Positions 27,011 to 39,542 of a stretch of 49,647 bases of DNA are shown here, piece after piece (positions within the stretch are counted from its first letter, which is position 1; every line of letters starts with the position of its first letter). The stretch spans positions 47,715,033 to 47,764,679 of the forward strand of contig NC_068985.1 of the NCBI RefSeq assembly GCF_001194135.2, written 5' to 3'. A program made the position numbers and the translations under genes. The notes below the pieces were generated by a model. The model was not told where the DNA came from. It did not search any database and was given only the letters and a program-made list of their open reading frames with translations. Origin of the DNA: Octopus bimaculoides. Taxonomy: Eukaryota.

Positions 27011-27820
27011 CACTGAATGTGGTGCTAATGTACTGAAACTGACGTTTAGTGCCTTATAAACACGCTCAAGTCGTGAAAACAATACTACATCTACTCGACA
27101 ATCTGTGGTATTTAGTTCCACTTCTTTACAGACGGAACTTGAAATCTTCCCGAACGTATTATTAAGATGAACACTCGATATGTAGGGAAATCCATTTCCT
27201 TAACTATATCCCTTCACTATACGTAAATAGCTAAGTGTCTTTAAAAAGGTCAATTGTACATCGCAAACATCAACATTTACTGTTTGTGTATGAAGTTAGA
27301 CATCCCTCTCTGATATATCATTTCATTTTATACGTACAAGCTGATACTATTATGGTAAACATTTGTTTTCAAACTCTATGAAATTCCTGCTTTGCATTCT
27401 TCTTTCGATTTGTTCAAATTAAATTAAGAGAGCTCAAAATCAATAAAATTTCTACCAGTAATACATCACTAGTGCAATTCAATCAGCTATATGAACTCAC
27501 TTGTAGAAATGGGTTATATGAATAAACACGGAATCAATATTAATTTGTTAACGTCATCATGTTTGGCAGCTTCACAGAAACATCACTGGTAATTTGGCAA
27601 AGACAGTACAGTCCAATTAGAATAAGCCAATATATTTCTCACATAATATGGCAACCAATGGAAAGTAAGAAGTACATTTCCAATGAGCTGAGACATTGGT
27701 TAAGCTTTTTAAATTCAATTGAAACCAGGTCAGTTATAATTATGTAATTTATTACCTTCTGAAACATCATCAGCTTAAAGGTACCCAAATGAATATTCGT
27801 TCCAAGCGTTGTAACTAATA

Positions 27821-28176
27821 CGAGGTGCTTTCAAGAAGTAACCGACTTCATTTTTTCCGCAGAAATTAATGGGCAAAATCCTTTCAGTGGAAAGGGGCAC
27901 CATCATACCTGCACACGCATGAAAACTTTTGTGCCGGTAGGCCGCGTCAGTTCCCGGCTGTTGAACCTAGAGTAGAGATGTGTAGTGCACCCTCGTCGGA
28001 TTTCGTTTTCACGCAAGATGACCGAACGCATCGAGTAGAAACCATAAACCAATGTCGTATCACCAGTGGCGATGATCTGCATGACGCCTAGGTTGTGTTT
28101 TGCACAGTTTAGTATGTACTGAACGATTCCCATGCGGAGTTGTTCCTCCTGTGCCACCAGCACCCTCGGGACGAAA
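27821..28176. mobile_element. Rearranged mariner (Tc1/mariner) remnant: 5' TIR and start codon on +, catalytic fragment on -
   Basis: TA|CGAGGTGCTTTCAAGAAGTAACCGAC TIR-like end; MTERIE* at 28018-28038 (+); FVPRVLVAQEEQLRMGIVQYILNCAKHNLGVMQIIATGDTTLVYG at 28176-28041 (-), matching the WVPxxL...TGDETWVY mariner motifs. Confidence 0.85.
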
Positions 28177-28979
28177 ACACAGACTAAAAGAAAAAATGGG
28201 ACTCGGTACTACATGTAGAATTTTGTGGTAGATTTATCGAAGTTGAAATTATAAAATTCCTTAATTATGTCTCCAATCTAGGTAAAAACTTTGTCGAATC
28301 AAACATGAAAACAACTAGTTGAGTATTCAAATACATGAAAAACAAACAAGTAAAATAATGCTTGCGATTCCTTAGATGTGAAAAATACACACAAAATGAT
28401 TGGTATTGGTAGTGGGCGATGGAGACATTAAAAACGTTAAATGAGGTAATGAAAACGTCATAAAATTTTAAATACTAAATTGTCAAAACATAAAGAATGG
28501 AAATGAAAGGAAAAATAAAATAAAGGAAACAGAAGGAATCCAAATGCACACATATCCGCTGACATACCAAAGATACAAGCACAAAGGCATAAACATACAC
28601 ACACGCACGTCCGCGCGCACACACGCACATCCGTGCGCACACACGCACATATCAAATGTACTCCTTGAACTTAAATAAGTTGAAAAAGGTACCGCAATGT
28701 TTGCTTATGTATATTCATAATGTCGGTTCCACAGTTAAATAAATGATCAAATATTCATTTATTATTGCGTTCTGAAATTAATTTGAATCGATAAAATGTA
28801 CGCATATAAAAGTTTGCTCATAATTCCAATGAACTCCATTATTATATTACAATATATATCAGAATAATGTAATTGATACTTATACTGTGACAGTGTAGTC
28901 TAATGTTGTATTTAAGATGAATATGTATGTATGTTTGAATGCATGTATAAANNNNNNNNNNATATTATTATCATAATTA

Positions 28980-29029
<50 letters not shown>

Positions 29030-29489
29030 ATAATTATAATAAGGGCACTAATGAGTAGCGCCACATGTTAGAAATAGACGCTAAATGGTTCTAAGAACTA
29101 CATTATTTACTACGTTAGCACGGGTTGAAAGCGAGTGAAGCGAACAAAGTTGATTTTTTTTTTAAAGGTGTTATATGTATGTACGTATGTATGTACGTAT
29201 GTATGTATGTATGCATTTGTATGTATGTTTGTTTGTATGTATATATATATAAATGTACAGTTGATATATAAAGCAGTCGAATATATACTGAAGGATAATC
29301 CACTTCATTCAAATACACATTAAGATACGTTTGCCAAGAACATGTTTTACTTGAAAATGGACGTGATATTGATTCTCAGTACCTTTTAGAGAGGATACGG
29401 TCTTTTATTATTGACCATATTCTCAAATTTGTCTCGCGTCTTGTGTTTCTGGCCTGTGCAATCTTCAGGCTGAAATATACACTATTATA

Positions 29490-29850
29490 CATACACATAC
29501 ACACGCGTGCGCACAGACACACAGAGAGACAGACGCAGACACACAGAGACACAGACGCAGACACACACAGACACACACACGCACACACACAGACACACGC
29601 ACGCACACACACAGACACACGCACGCACACACACATACACACGCACGCACACACACATACNNNNNNNNNNNNNNNNNNNNNNNNNNNNNNNNNNNNNNNN
29701 NNNNNNNNNNNNNNNNNNNNNNNNNNNNNNNNNNNNNNNNNNNNNNNNNNNNNNNNNNNNNNNCACACACAGACACACGCACGCACACACACGCACGCAC
29801 ACACACACACGCACACACGCACACACACACGCACACACACACACACACAT
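29490..29850. repeat. (CA)n/(CACG)/(CAGA) compound microsatellite spanning a gap
   Basis: Read directly. Confidence 0.95.
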
Positions 29851-30161
29851 ACAGCAGAGCTTACTGGTATTGTAGTGCTCTGTTCGTCGGTGTAGTTGTT
29901 ATTAATTTCAGTCATAATCGTGTTAGCGATATTCCACGTGATGTAGGGTACATATTTCCGTCTGAATAATGGTACATTCGCAAGTTAAAGGTATTTCACT
30001 TATAACTGGAAAAGTAACTGAGTTACTGATTGAGGTTGGAAGAGTCGGCATAGATGTATGAGAATAAGTTCAAAAAGAAATTAGAAACTGTCTTCTTCAC
30101 CTGCACGTCTGATGTTGACGGCGCCATTTTTGCATCTATGAATATGTATGTATGTATGTTA

Positions 30162-30271
30162 TGTTATTATTCAGTTTATTTCAAGATTTTTTACCAATAG
30201 AGAAAGAACCGGTTTCTAACCTAGATCCAAGGCCCCTTCATTGGAATTTCAACATGAACAACAGGGTATTT
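30162..30271 (-). mobile_element. Extremely 5'-truncated (or duplicated) 3' UTR of the RLE LINE, bounded by (TACA)n on both sides
   Basis: Aligns with 30315-30410 and 48758-48860 (tattcagttt...aacctagatccaagg...gggtatttt). Confidence 0.8.
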
Positions 30272-30314
30272 TGTATGTATGTATGTATGTATGTATGTAT
30301 GATTGTTTGTATGT

Positions 30315-30856
30315 CATTATTCGGTTTTATTTCAAGATTTCTTACCAATAGAGAAAGAGTCGGTCTCTGACCTAGATTCAAGGCTCCTTCGTAGGAGTTT
30401 CAGGGTATTTTAATATATGTTTATGTGCATATTTGTGTTTTGTTTTATGTATGTATTCTCATGCATACATTTGTATATCTAGACATGCTCTTGTACACTT
30501 AAATGATAAAATTTTGAAAAGCTGTACATATGTTTACAGTTCTAGTGGACGATTAGATCTGTAGTCTTCGAAACAGCTTTCTCCTTTCTGGTTTTGAGAA
30601 GCCTAATTTCTCAAGGTTGGAATTTAGGCAGTGTGTTCCGTATCCCAGGGTCCCAATAATTACAGGTACAAACCGGAACGTGTAGACTTGATAGAGTAAC
30701 TGCAGATGTCTAAATAGTTCAGCGTGGGTATTCTCTTTTTCACTGATCTTCAGTTTTATCTTAGCATCTACTGGGCAGCTAATTTCCACAATTATGCACA
30801 GATTCTCTTCTCTATCCCAATTCATTATATCAGGTCTGATGTGCTTACATTTTATT
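30315..30856 (-). mobile_element. 5'-truncated R4/Dong-like non-LTR retrotransposon 3' end with PD-(D/E)xK RLE domain
   Basis: RPDIMNWDREENLCIIVEISCPVDAKIKLKISEKENTHAELFRHLQLLYQVYTFRFVPVIIGTLG...LEKLGF matches the RLE motif RPD..D..C.IIE..CP.D..K..EK.Y. Premature TAA at 30553. Confidence 0.9.
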
Positions 30857-31630
30857 GTATGTATGTATGTATGTATGTATGTATGTATGCATGCATGCAT
30901 GTACATGAGAGTGAGAAAAAAATGCAAATCATATGAAAGAGACTTTTTATATATCCTTATTGTAACTGAATACCTAAGCGGGTAAACAAGCTATATAAGG
31001 GAAATAATAGTGGGTAAAACTGTGTATCATGTATGATAAAGACAGACAGATGAAGCAGATAATGTATTCTGATAATAGTTAGGTTAATTCAAAGGAACTG
31101 TCTACTTTGAAAATGTTTGTTCATACATTCTTTTTGCTTCTCTTGTACATGTCAGCCAAGTTTGGCTAGCTTCCAACGCATATAACCAGTGAGACTATTT
31201 TTACTAGTATGATCAATTTTATAAATATAAATGAAATTTTGCAGACGAAATGCGTAGGAGGCAGTACTGATGTGTTTCCTGCAATATCAGGTCTCAGGAC
31301 AGATATTCAAGGTATAATACCAAATTTTAAAAGAAATCATTGCGGCATACATCGATAAGCTTTTGGCAGCAATAATCATTCTTGAAAAATTGCAGACGAC
31401 ACTGCAATAGGCAGTCAAAGTGGAAAAGAAAGTTACTTGTTAAAAACTCAACTGTTAAATTCTAATATTTTTAGTTGCTTGGTCATTTTTGGTTGGGAGC
31501 ACGGCCGTGCCTATAAAAAAATACCCTTGCATTCTCAAGTACGTCACTTATCTCACGATACAATACTTTCTGCATACTGTAGTTGCTTTGTGAAGTAAAA
31601 TTTGTGATTATTCATGAAAAAATCATTCAG

Positions 31631-31735
31631 TAAGACCAAATGCTGGCAAAATCGTCATCATGCCTGACAAAATGCTTAGCGGCATTTTGTTTGTCTTTAT
31701 GTTCTGAGTTCAAGTTCCATCATGATCGACATTCT
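31631..31735 (+). mobile_element. SINE family A 5' part, diverged
   Basis: gctggcaaaatcgt...aaaatgcttagcggcattttgtttgtctttatgttctgagttcaagttcc. Confidence 0.75.
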
Positions 31736-32362
31736 GTTACATATGGTGGCATATGTGTCTGACATTTTTACGTTTTTGGAATCAAAGCGCAAAGGGATAC
31801 AACTTTATAAATCTGTCTCAGATTCAAAACGGTATTTCGGATGTTCAAAGGCTCAGGTAGTACATAGTCCTATAAATATCAATAGAATACTTGGACGAAG
31901 ATTTGTGAACATTTATGGTAACATAGAAATTAAATTTTATTTATATATGGTGACATAGGGATTACAATTTCCTAACATGCTTCAAATATTTGCTATCAAT
32001 TGCATTCCATTGAACTGTATGCTTTTGAAATGGTACGGGTTGACCGAACAACTTCTCACAAAATTTTTTCATGAAGCTTTAGAAAAATTAACACAGCAGA
32101 CGTGTGTTTAATAAATTAAACATAATCGGATTTATACCACCATATAACACGCTTACAGAATTTGACATATACTTGGACATACTCTCACAAACGTATATGC
32201 ACATATAACTACGTATGTTTCATGTTTGTACGCACACTTTACACACACGAATACGCACACACAAACGCATGTGCTCGCGCGCGCACACACACATGCACCC
32301 ACACTTACATACGCAACTATGCTTGTACGTATATGTATATATATGTGTATGTGTGTACGTAT

Positions 32363-32393
<31 letters not shown>

Positions 32394-32499
32394 CATACGT
32401 ACATAAAATATATAGGGTAGCGAGTTTTTTAGAAATTTCCTAGCATGTGATCTAGCATGTATGAAAAGTCAATAGACAGCATGTTCTCAATATAAATAA

Positions 32500-32838
32500 T
32501 GTACATTTAAACACAAGAGAAGCGACCTTTAACAGGCAGCTTTACACGCTAGAAGAAGCAGTCAAAACGACCAAAACCACATTTAAGAGGAATTTCGAAT
32601 GGAATGAAAAATAAATACTTTAATATTGTTATTTTTTTACAATCATACCTAGATTTCGAATTTTATTTGGTAAATAAAATTCGAAACTAGGCATGTCTGT
32701 AAAAAAATAACAAGGTAAAAGTTTTCTTTTTCATTCCCTTCGAAATTACTCTTAAATGCGGTTTTGATCGTTTTGATTGCTTCTTCTAGCGTGTAAAGCT
32801 GCCTGTTAAAGGTCGCTTCTCTTGTGTTTAAATGTACA
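32500..32838. mobile_element. Fully palindromic foldback MITE, probably TA-flanked
   Basis: Left arm tgtacatttaaacacaagagaagcgacctttaacaggcagctttacacgctagaagaagc is the reverse complement of the right end. Pairing continues to the centre ttttattt-ggt-aaataaaa at about 32670. Confidence 0.92.
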
Positions 32839-32841
32839 CTA

Positions 32842-32883
<42 letters not shown>

Positions 32884-32974
32884 CATCCATTGGAGATAAC
32901 GTGTTATTTGTATTAAACAGAAGCAAACGTAAGATCCTGTTAATGTTGGAAACACAATCACTAGTAACTACCCT

Positions 32975-33135
32975 AGTACTTAGCTGGCACTTAATTTATC
33001 GACCCCGAAGGGGTGAACAGACAAGAGTCGACCTCGGTGGAATATGGACTCAGAATGTAGTGACGGGCGAAATACCACAAAACATTCTTCGAAAAACACC
33101 GGGCAAATCATTGAGTACTCTAACAGCTTGGCTTT
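32975..33135 (-). mobile_element. SINE family A copy, diverged
   Basis: ggcacttaatttatcgaccccgaagg...gtcgacctcggtggaat...gactcagaatgt is the reverse complement of family A. Confidence 0.8.
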
Positions 33136-33186
33136 CAAGTGTCCATAACTATTCAACATTCTGTCAAACAACCTCACAGTGTGTGC

Positions 33187-33229
<43 letters not shown>

Positions 33230-34145
33230 CGTGTGTATAGAGAGAGAGAGAGAGAGATGCGTAGTTTGGTAGATAGGGTGTTGGATTCCATGATTAAGTC
33301 TTATTCCTGGACCGCATGATGAGTTGTGTTCTTGAAGAAAACCTTTCATTTGACTTTGCTCTAATACACTCATATCGTAAAAATTATTAATGCTGCGACG
33401 GACCGATGTCCTCCAGGAAGTGGAGGAGAATATAGGTGTCGCGGATAGCGGTAAACCGGTCCTATGAGTCTATATGTTTCAGGAAGGATCTTTATATTCA
33501 TATTTATATAACGAATTAGGCAGAGATGCATAGACAGTCAAAGTCTAAACATACATGTGCTTGTAAATGAAGATAGCTATAAACCGAGGTACAGAGATAT
33601 CCATTCCGTCTATCTGTTTATTTATCTACCGATATATACATTTGTGCATGTGTTTGTGTATACGCACCTCTTTGATTAATGTCTGTCACAATATACAAAT
33701 CTACTTATAAACAACAACAACAACAACAAAATTGTTTTCAAGATTGGTGTCTCAAAATAAACTGCCTATCATTTGCACTGTGATATGTTAAAACAGGTCA
33801 AATTAAAACATTACATCTTCTTACCCTACACTGGATGCCGAATATTTGTATCGACACAACGGAATGTTCTAAGAATATGAACTGACATACTGTTAATATC
33901 CGAGGCAGCTTTTTCGATAACAGATTCAAATTTAGACGTTTGATGTAGTGGGGTCGTTTCGGTTAAAAATTTCGCACGGCCATCCGCTTTGCGAAAGACA
34001 TGTGGCACTATTTCTTTTTTTTACTAAACTTACAACATCATTTCTCCTCGTTTTCTCATTTTTATTTATCTACAGGCAGACAGACAGACACATACATACA
34101 TACATACATACACACATACATACATCATTACATTTTAGCATTACA

Positions 34146-34187
34146 TTTTGCCCGGCGCATTACCGATTCTGCCATCTCTTCGCCCTA
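34146..34187 (-). mobile_element. SINE family A head fragment
   Basis: cattttgcccggcgcattaccgattctgccatctcttcgcc is the reverse complement of the family A head. Confidence 0.65.
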
Positions 34188-34917
34188 GTGCAGAATATGA
34201 ATTCTAAATTTAAAGTTAGTACTTGTTATTTGAATTATCCAAGCTGATATTTGTACTGACTGTAAGTTGATACCCAGTGTCCTGTGATGCAGTGTTCCTT
34301 GTTTTATACACATAATCTTATAAGATGCACTCAAGAAATAATCCGTTTGGGTAACAATGGACATTACTACGAAGATGATAAGTAGCTTTTGCGCTTAGAA
34401 TTGCACCTAATCAGCCCTGATCTTGTCTTGCAATCAAAGACATTCCATTCATAGCCATCTCATCTATTATCAAACTAGGTATATCTCAGATTATATTATC
34501 CACCTTTTTAATCTGTAGAAATGTATTTGAAAACAACCTGGAAAACTTTTTCTAGAAATTGTTGACCACGTTGCAAATCTTCACATTTACGCCATAATAA
34601 ACCATTCATATTGTAGTGATCCTGCGTTCTGTTCTCGTGACAGTGGCCAACAGGGGTTTATCACATGAATTAAGCTTTAGGATTAAGCATAATTGTCCTC
34701 CTTTAACGAATGATTCTAATTATAAAAAGGCATGTAATTGAACCGAAGATTTTAAATCAGATAGATTGACTTAGGAATGAAATGTCATTTATAACGATAC
34801 AGTTAGTCAATGCTGTCACTTTTGAATGTTACTGTATCACTGCTTACTAATAACTAATCCAATGTCACGTGATAGCATTTGGCAGGTCGGGTCACTTTAA
34901 CCTGAAGCTTAATACTG

Positions 34918-35074
34918 CTTATACATATAGATATGGATATGTACATACATGCATGTATGCATACATACATACATACATAATGCAAACATATACATATACT
35001 TATATACATAACATACACACACATATATATATATATACACACACACATGTATATATGTATACACACATATGTAT

Positions 35075-35120
<46 letters not shown>

Positions 35121-35165
35121 AACACCACACACAAATCGCAGACACACAAATGTATATATACATTC
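34918..35165. repeat. (TA)/(TACA)/(CA) compound microsatellite
   Basis: Read directly. Confidence 0.9.
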
Positions 35166-35837
35166 TCTGTGTATTAGTTCGTGTGTGTAGCAGCGTGTGT
35201 GCACAAAGTTCAAATAAAGGTTAAGTATTAACTAATAGCGTTTTGAAGATGATCTTACGATTCCATAATGATTTTATTACAACGCACCATACACCACATT
35301 GAAATGGACAGATAACAACGATGTTAGCAATTTGGACATTTCGAATGAAATTCCAGTTCTCTTGTGAGAAATGAATATTTCTTCGCCTTTTATTGTTAAG
35401 GGGTTATTCCATTATAAAGGAGACATTATATCAAATATCTATAAATTTCTTCAGATAAATTTAATAGGAAAACTTAATGGAATGATTGTCACGTGCAGTT
35501 ATTGATTAGATCGGCTTAAAGCTATCAAAACAAATATGACAGTCTTGAAATTAAGGCTTCGGTTACATGCGTTATTTCCTCCTCGCTTGATTGTTGGCCG
35601 ATTCGTTTTTGTCACAGATGTTCAATGTTGGTGCCAGGGCACGAGTTTCCTACATACATACATATATATATAAACATACCAGTATAAATATATATATATA
35701 TATTCTCTAAAAGATTAGCATTGTCAGTCACTTCGAAATTTCAGTCTACTGAGACTGAGATATGTGAAAGAATAATAAATATATACTCTACAAAATGTTT
35801 TGTGTAATGTAAAATTGGTTTTATTATAACTCGACAT

Positions 35838-36030
35838 TAAGGTGGAGAGGTGGCCGAATCTTTAACACGTCGGACAAAATACTTAGTGGCACTTAGTCCG
35901 TCTTCACGTTGTGTGTTCAAATTCTGCTGAGGTCGACTTCGCTTTTCATCCTTTTGAGGTCGATAAAATAAGTACCAGTTGAGCACTGGGTTCGACGAGG
36001 TCGACTAGCCCAAATTTCAGCCCTTGTGCA
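35838..36030 (+). mobile_element. SINE family A copy
   Basis: aaggtggagaggtggccgaatc...gttcaaattctgctgaggtcgacttcgcttttcatccttttgaggtcgataaaataagtaccagt. Confidence 0.85.
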
Positions 36031-36410
36031 CAACCGAAGGCAGTCTGGATAACGGTGGAGTTGGGTACCTCCGCTGGGTCGATTAGCGAGCCATGAGTAG
36101 CGACTGTCTCGAAGTCATAGTCGTCTCTAGAGAACCGGCGAAAACGGAGGAACTGAGTGTAAGGGATGGACAGTTTAAAGTGGTTAGAGTGAGGGAGGAG
36201 CGTTGAGATTAGCATGTCAGTGTGGGGGCTTATTTTGGATGAAGGTCGTTAGAGAGGAATGTAAGGTAATAGAAATGTTGAGAAAGCCGACAGAGGTGCT
36301 AAATACAGAAGAAGAGAATTCCAAGGCAGAATGGAAGGACTAGATGAAAGAGAGGAGAGAAAGGAGACTAGATATTCGTGGGAGAGTGATGTCCTGGTGA
36401 TACAGTTGTG
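36025..36410 (-). mobile_element. Penelope-like retroelement RT/thumb fragment, frameshifted
   Basis: NCITRTSLSHEYLVSFLS / FHSALEFSSSVFSTSVGFLNISITL / HFKLSIPYTQFLRFRRFSRDDYDFE match Penelope (GIY-YIG class) motifs FHPxLxFT..V.FLD and SIPYSQFLRLRRxCS. Confidence 0.85.
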
Positions 36411-36837
36411 AATGGAACAACCGTGTTTATACATACACGCACACACACACACACACACACACAATGTATATATATGCACACTCAATATCACCCTATCCCT
36501 AACACTTATCGGAAGGCTTTAAAAATCGGAAGACGACCTGAAGTATATTCCCAGGAAGACATCCAAGAATCCAGCGCTAGGCAAATTATTATAAGTGTAT
36601 AAGTATTTGCATAAGACAGAAACATTTCGCCGCCTCCAAAGATCTGCGATTGAGATTCAGCGTGTGTGTCTACCAATGATATATTGGTTTGTTAGCTATT
36701 GTACTGAAATATCATCGAAACCATGGCTTACAATGTTCCAAAAAATGAGACATGGGAACGTCTGTGGATCATATTTCCGAAAAAGAAGTACACTCAAAAA
36801 TTTAGAGCAGTAACGTTGGTGTGTTCTTTCCTCCCAC

Positions 36838-37010
36838 TACAGCTTGACAGCCGCTGTTGGTTTGCTTATGTCCCGGTAACCTAGCAAAAATGAGCAGCAG
36901 AACATGTAGAATAAAATTGTGTACAGGGTTGGGTTTGTTCGAGAAAAAACTTCAAGGTGGTGCCCTAACATGGCAACAGTAAAATGACTGAAACATGAAA
37001 TAGATAACAG
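36838..37010 (+). mobile_element. SINE-like family C copy, diverged
   Basis: cagcttgacagccgctgttggtttgcttatgtcccggtaacctagc...ggtggtgccctaacatggcaacagtaaaatgactgaaac, similar to 24646-24842. Confidence 0.7.
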
Positions 37011-37814
37011 ATAAAAAAATATATACGCTAACCCATACGCACGCACACACTCATGCACACAAGCATTTTTATATGCTACATGAAGAGGTATGTATATATT
37101 AAACGTCATTGTATATGTATGAACATGCGTTAGAGTAGAGGTATGTATATATATATAGAAACAAAAATGAATTCCAGTCAGTTAACTAGAGAGCCTGTGC
37201 GGCATCATTTGACTTGCTAGAATTCGCATCCATATATATTTCGAAGCAGCAATATACCATCTTAAAAATAAAACGGTGTAGAACGATAAAATGTGGTCAT
37301 TAATCCTCATGCAGTGCCTGAAATTAAAATAGGATATTAAGAGTAGAAATACCATCCAAGCGTTAATCAAAGCTATGCTCAATTATGGCTAACCTTGTGT
37401 TTAAGAACATCAACCGATAAGTGAAGGCTATTAACAGGAACACCCAATAAGGCGATATGTCGTGAGTTCAGATTATTGACATCCATGATGTACCAAGGTT
37501 AAATGGTACAGGTGTGGTTCATATTTTTCTTAGTTATTCACCAAGAGCTACTGAAATCCTTAAAACACCCCGAAATTTCTAAATTTTCTGTGACTATAAT
37601 TCTTACAACATGTTGTATTTAATAACTGGTGAAAAAGTATCTCTCTGTTCCGAGAAATTTTAGCAAAAGTACGAAGTAGAAATGTTAAATAAAATAAGAA
37701 GCAATTCAATTCACAACTGTAGTTTACATGTCTCTCTCGCTACACAAGTACAAATGCACTCGGGAACCCCAACCCACGATAACACCCTTCAAACACATAC
37801 GTATACCCACGCAC

Positions 37815-38030
37815 ACATCACTATCGGAGCCAAATCATTCGAAGCTACCAGAAGGTGAAAAAATGAAGAACCAAACGGCAGGACAAAAAAGCTTCACAGA
37901 ATCAACCTCATCTTCCACCAGAATTGCGATGCACTCAATGCCGTCGACTCTTCTATGCAAGAATAGGTGCTCAGAATCATCAACAGTATCACCATAGAGG
38001 AAGTGTTCAGCAAAGAATAAAATAAAATCT
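37815..38030 (+). mobile_element. RTE-clade LINE ORF2 3' end (C2H2-like finger)
   Basis: ITIGAKSFEATRR* then, after a frameshift, KRQDKKASQNQPHLPPELRCTQCRRLFYARIGAQNHQQYHH, matching the RTE C-terminus CxxCxRxFxxRIGLxSHxRxH. Confidence 0.8.
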
Positions 38031-38113
38031 CGGATACCAGATAAAGTAGAAGACGGAATGTGAGCGTGCGTGTGTGCGTGTGCGTGTGCGAGAGAGAGAG
38101 AGAGAGAGCGTGC

Positions 38114-38153
<40 letters not shown>

Positions 38154-38489
38154 NNNNNNNNNNNNNNNNNNNNNNNNNNNNNNNNNNNNNNNNNNNNNNN
38201 NNNNNNNNNNNNNNNNNNNNNNNNNNNNNNNNNNNNNNNNNNNNNNNNNNNNNNNNNNNNNNNNNNNNNNNNNNNNNNNNNNNNNNNNNNNNNNNNNNNN
38301 NNNNNNNNNNNNNNNNNNNNNNNNNNNNNNNNNNNNNNNNNNNNNNNNNNNNNNNNNNNNNNNNNNNNNNNNNNNNNNNNNNNNNNNNNNNNNNNNNNNN
38401 NNNNNNNNNNNNNNNNNNNNNNNNNNNNNNGGTAATTCCAACTGGTTCTTTTAGTAGATTACTAATCTATATAATATATATCTATATAA

Positions 38490-38546
<57 letters not shown>

Positions 38547-38689
38547 CACACACACACACACACACATACATATTCAGAAGGAAACCGTATAATGGAATAT
38601 ATACGTGGTGCATGTGCAATTTATTCAATTAGTTTTATTTCTTCTATATTTGACTCTGGTTGTGCCTCGCTTAACTCTTCGTGAGTTGT

Positions 38690-39530
38690 TCAGTACTTTC
38701 AATGAACAAAACTTTACTGAGATGAGTGAACGCTTTGTAGATCTTATGTATATTTGCCTCCACACTCAGAGACGTATCCACAAAGTCGTGTGCACGTGAG
38801 TGTATGCCTATTTATACGTTTGCTTGTATATGTACAGACCTATATTTTTTCACTCACACAATAAAAAAAAAGAAAAAAATGTTTATTTTTACTTTTTTTG
38901 CTTTTGCTGTCTGGATGTCGATCCGTTTGATCATACGTGTGCAACAGACCTAAATGGAATGTTGGAAGCATTAAAAGTAGACGATTTAACGAAGCGTGAT
39001 ATCCAAAGACTTAACACTTCAACTAAAGAATGGAACGATATTATGAAAGGAGATTTAGCTATTACATTGGTACACAGTCTAATAACTGTGCATACGCTCT
39101 GTTTTTTTTTTACTGGATAAATGATACATTACTAAAGTTACTTTATATTTATTTCCCAGCTGCAATCGATTTGAAAAAGTATAGCAATAACGATGCCCCT
39201 GAAACCGGATAGTAAGTTAAGGGGAAAAAATTGTAAATTAACATATTCAGTTATTTTAATAGATTTAAATTGATATGTAACTAATAAATATTAGTAAAAT
39301 ATATGTATTAAGTAAAGCTAACGTAAGCTGTTATTACTTTCATAGCTAGTTACCTTAAGAAGTATCAACAACATAACGAATGACCGCAAACGCGAATGTA
39401 TTATTATTATACGCACGAATATTTGTTATGAAATTGTTATCGCTCCATAACCATACAATACCAGCCAGAAAATTGCGGATGAATTGCAGCTGAAGGTGGA
39501 TTTGCTGGCTAGTGCTTTGAATAACAATGT
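38690..39530 (+). other. Candidate short-intron exon cluster or pseudogene of unknown identity
   Basis: Stop-free, protein-like segments separated by AT-rich spacers. Strong donor sites gtgagt (38796) and gtaagt (39212), acceptor atttcccag (39159). Only the last junction is phase-consistent. Confidence 0.25.
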
Positions 39531-39542
39531 GGACATATATAA

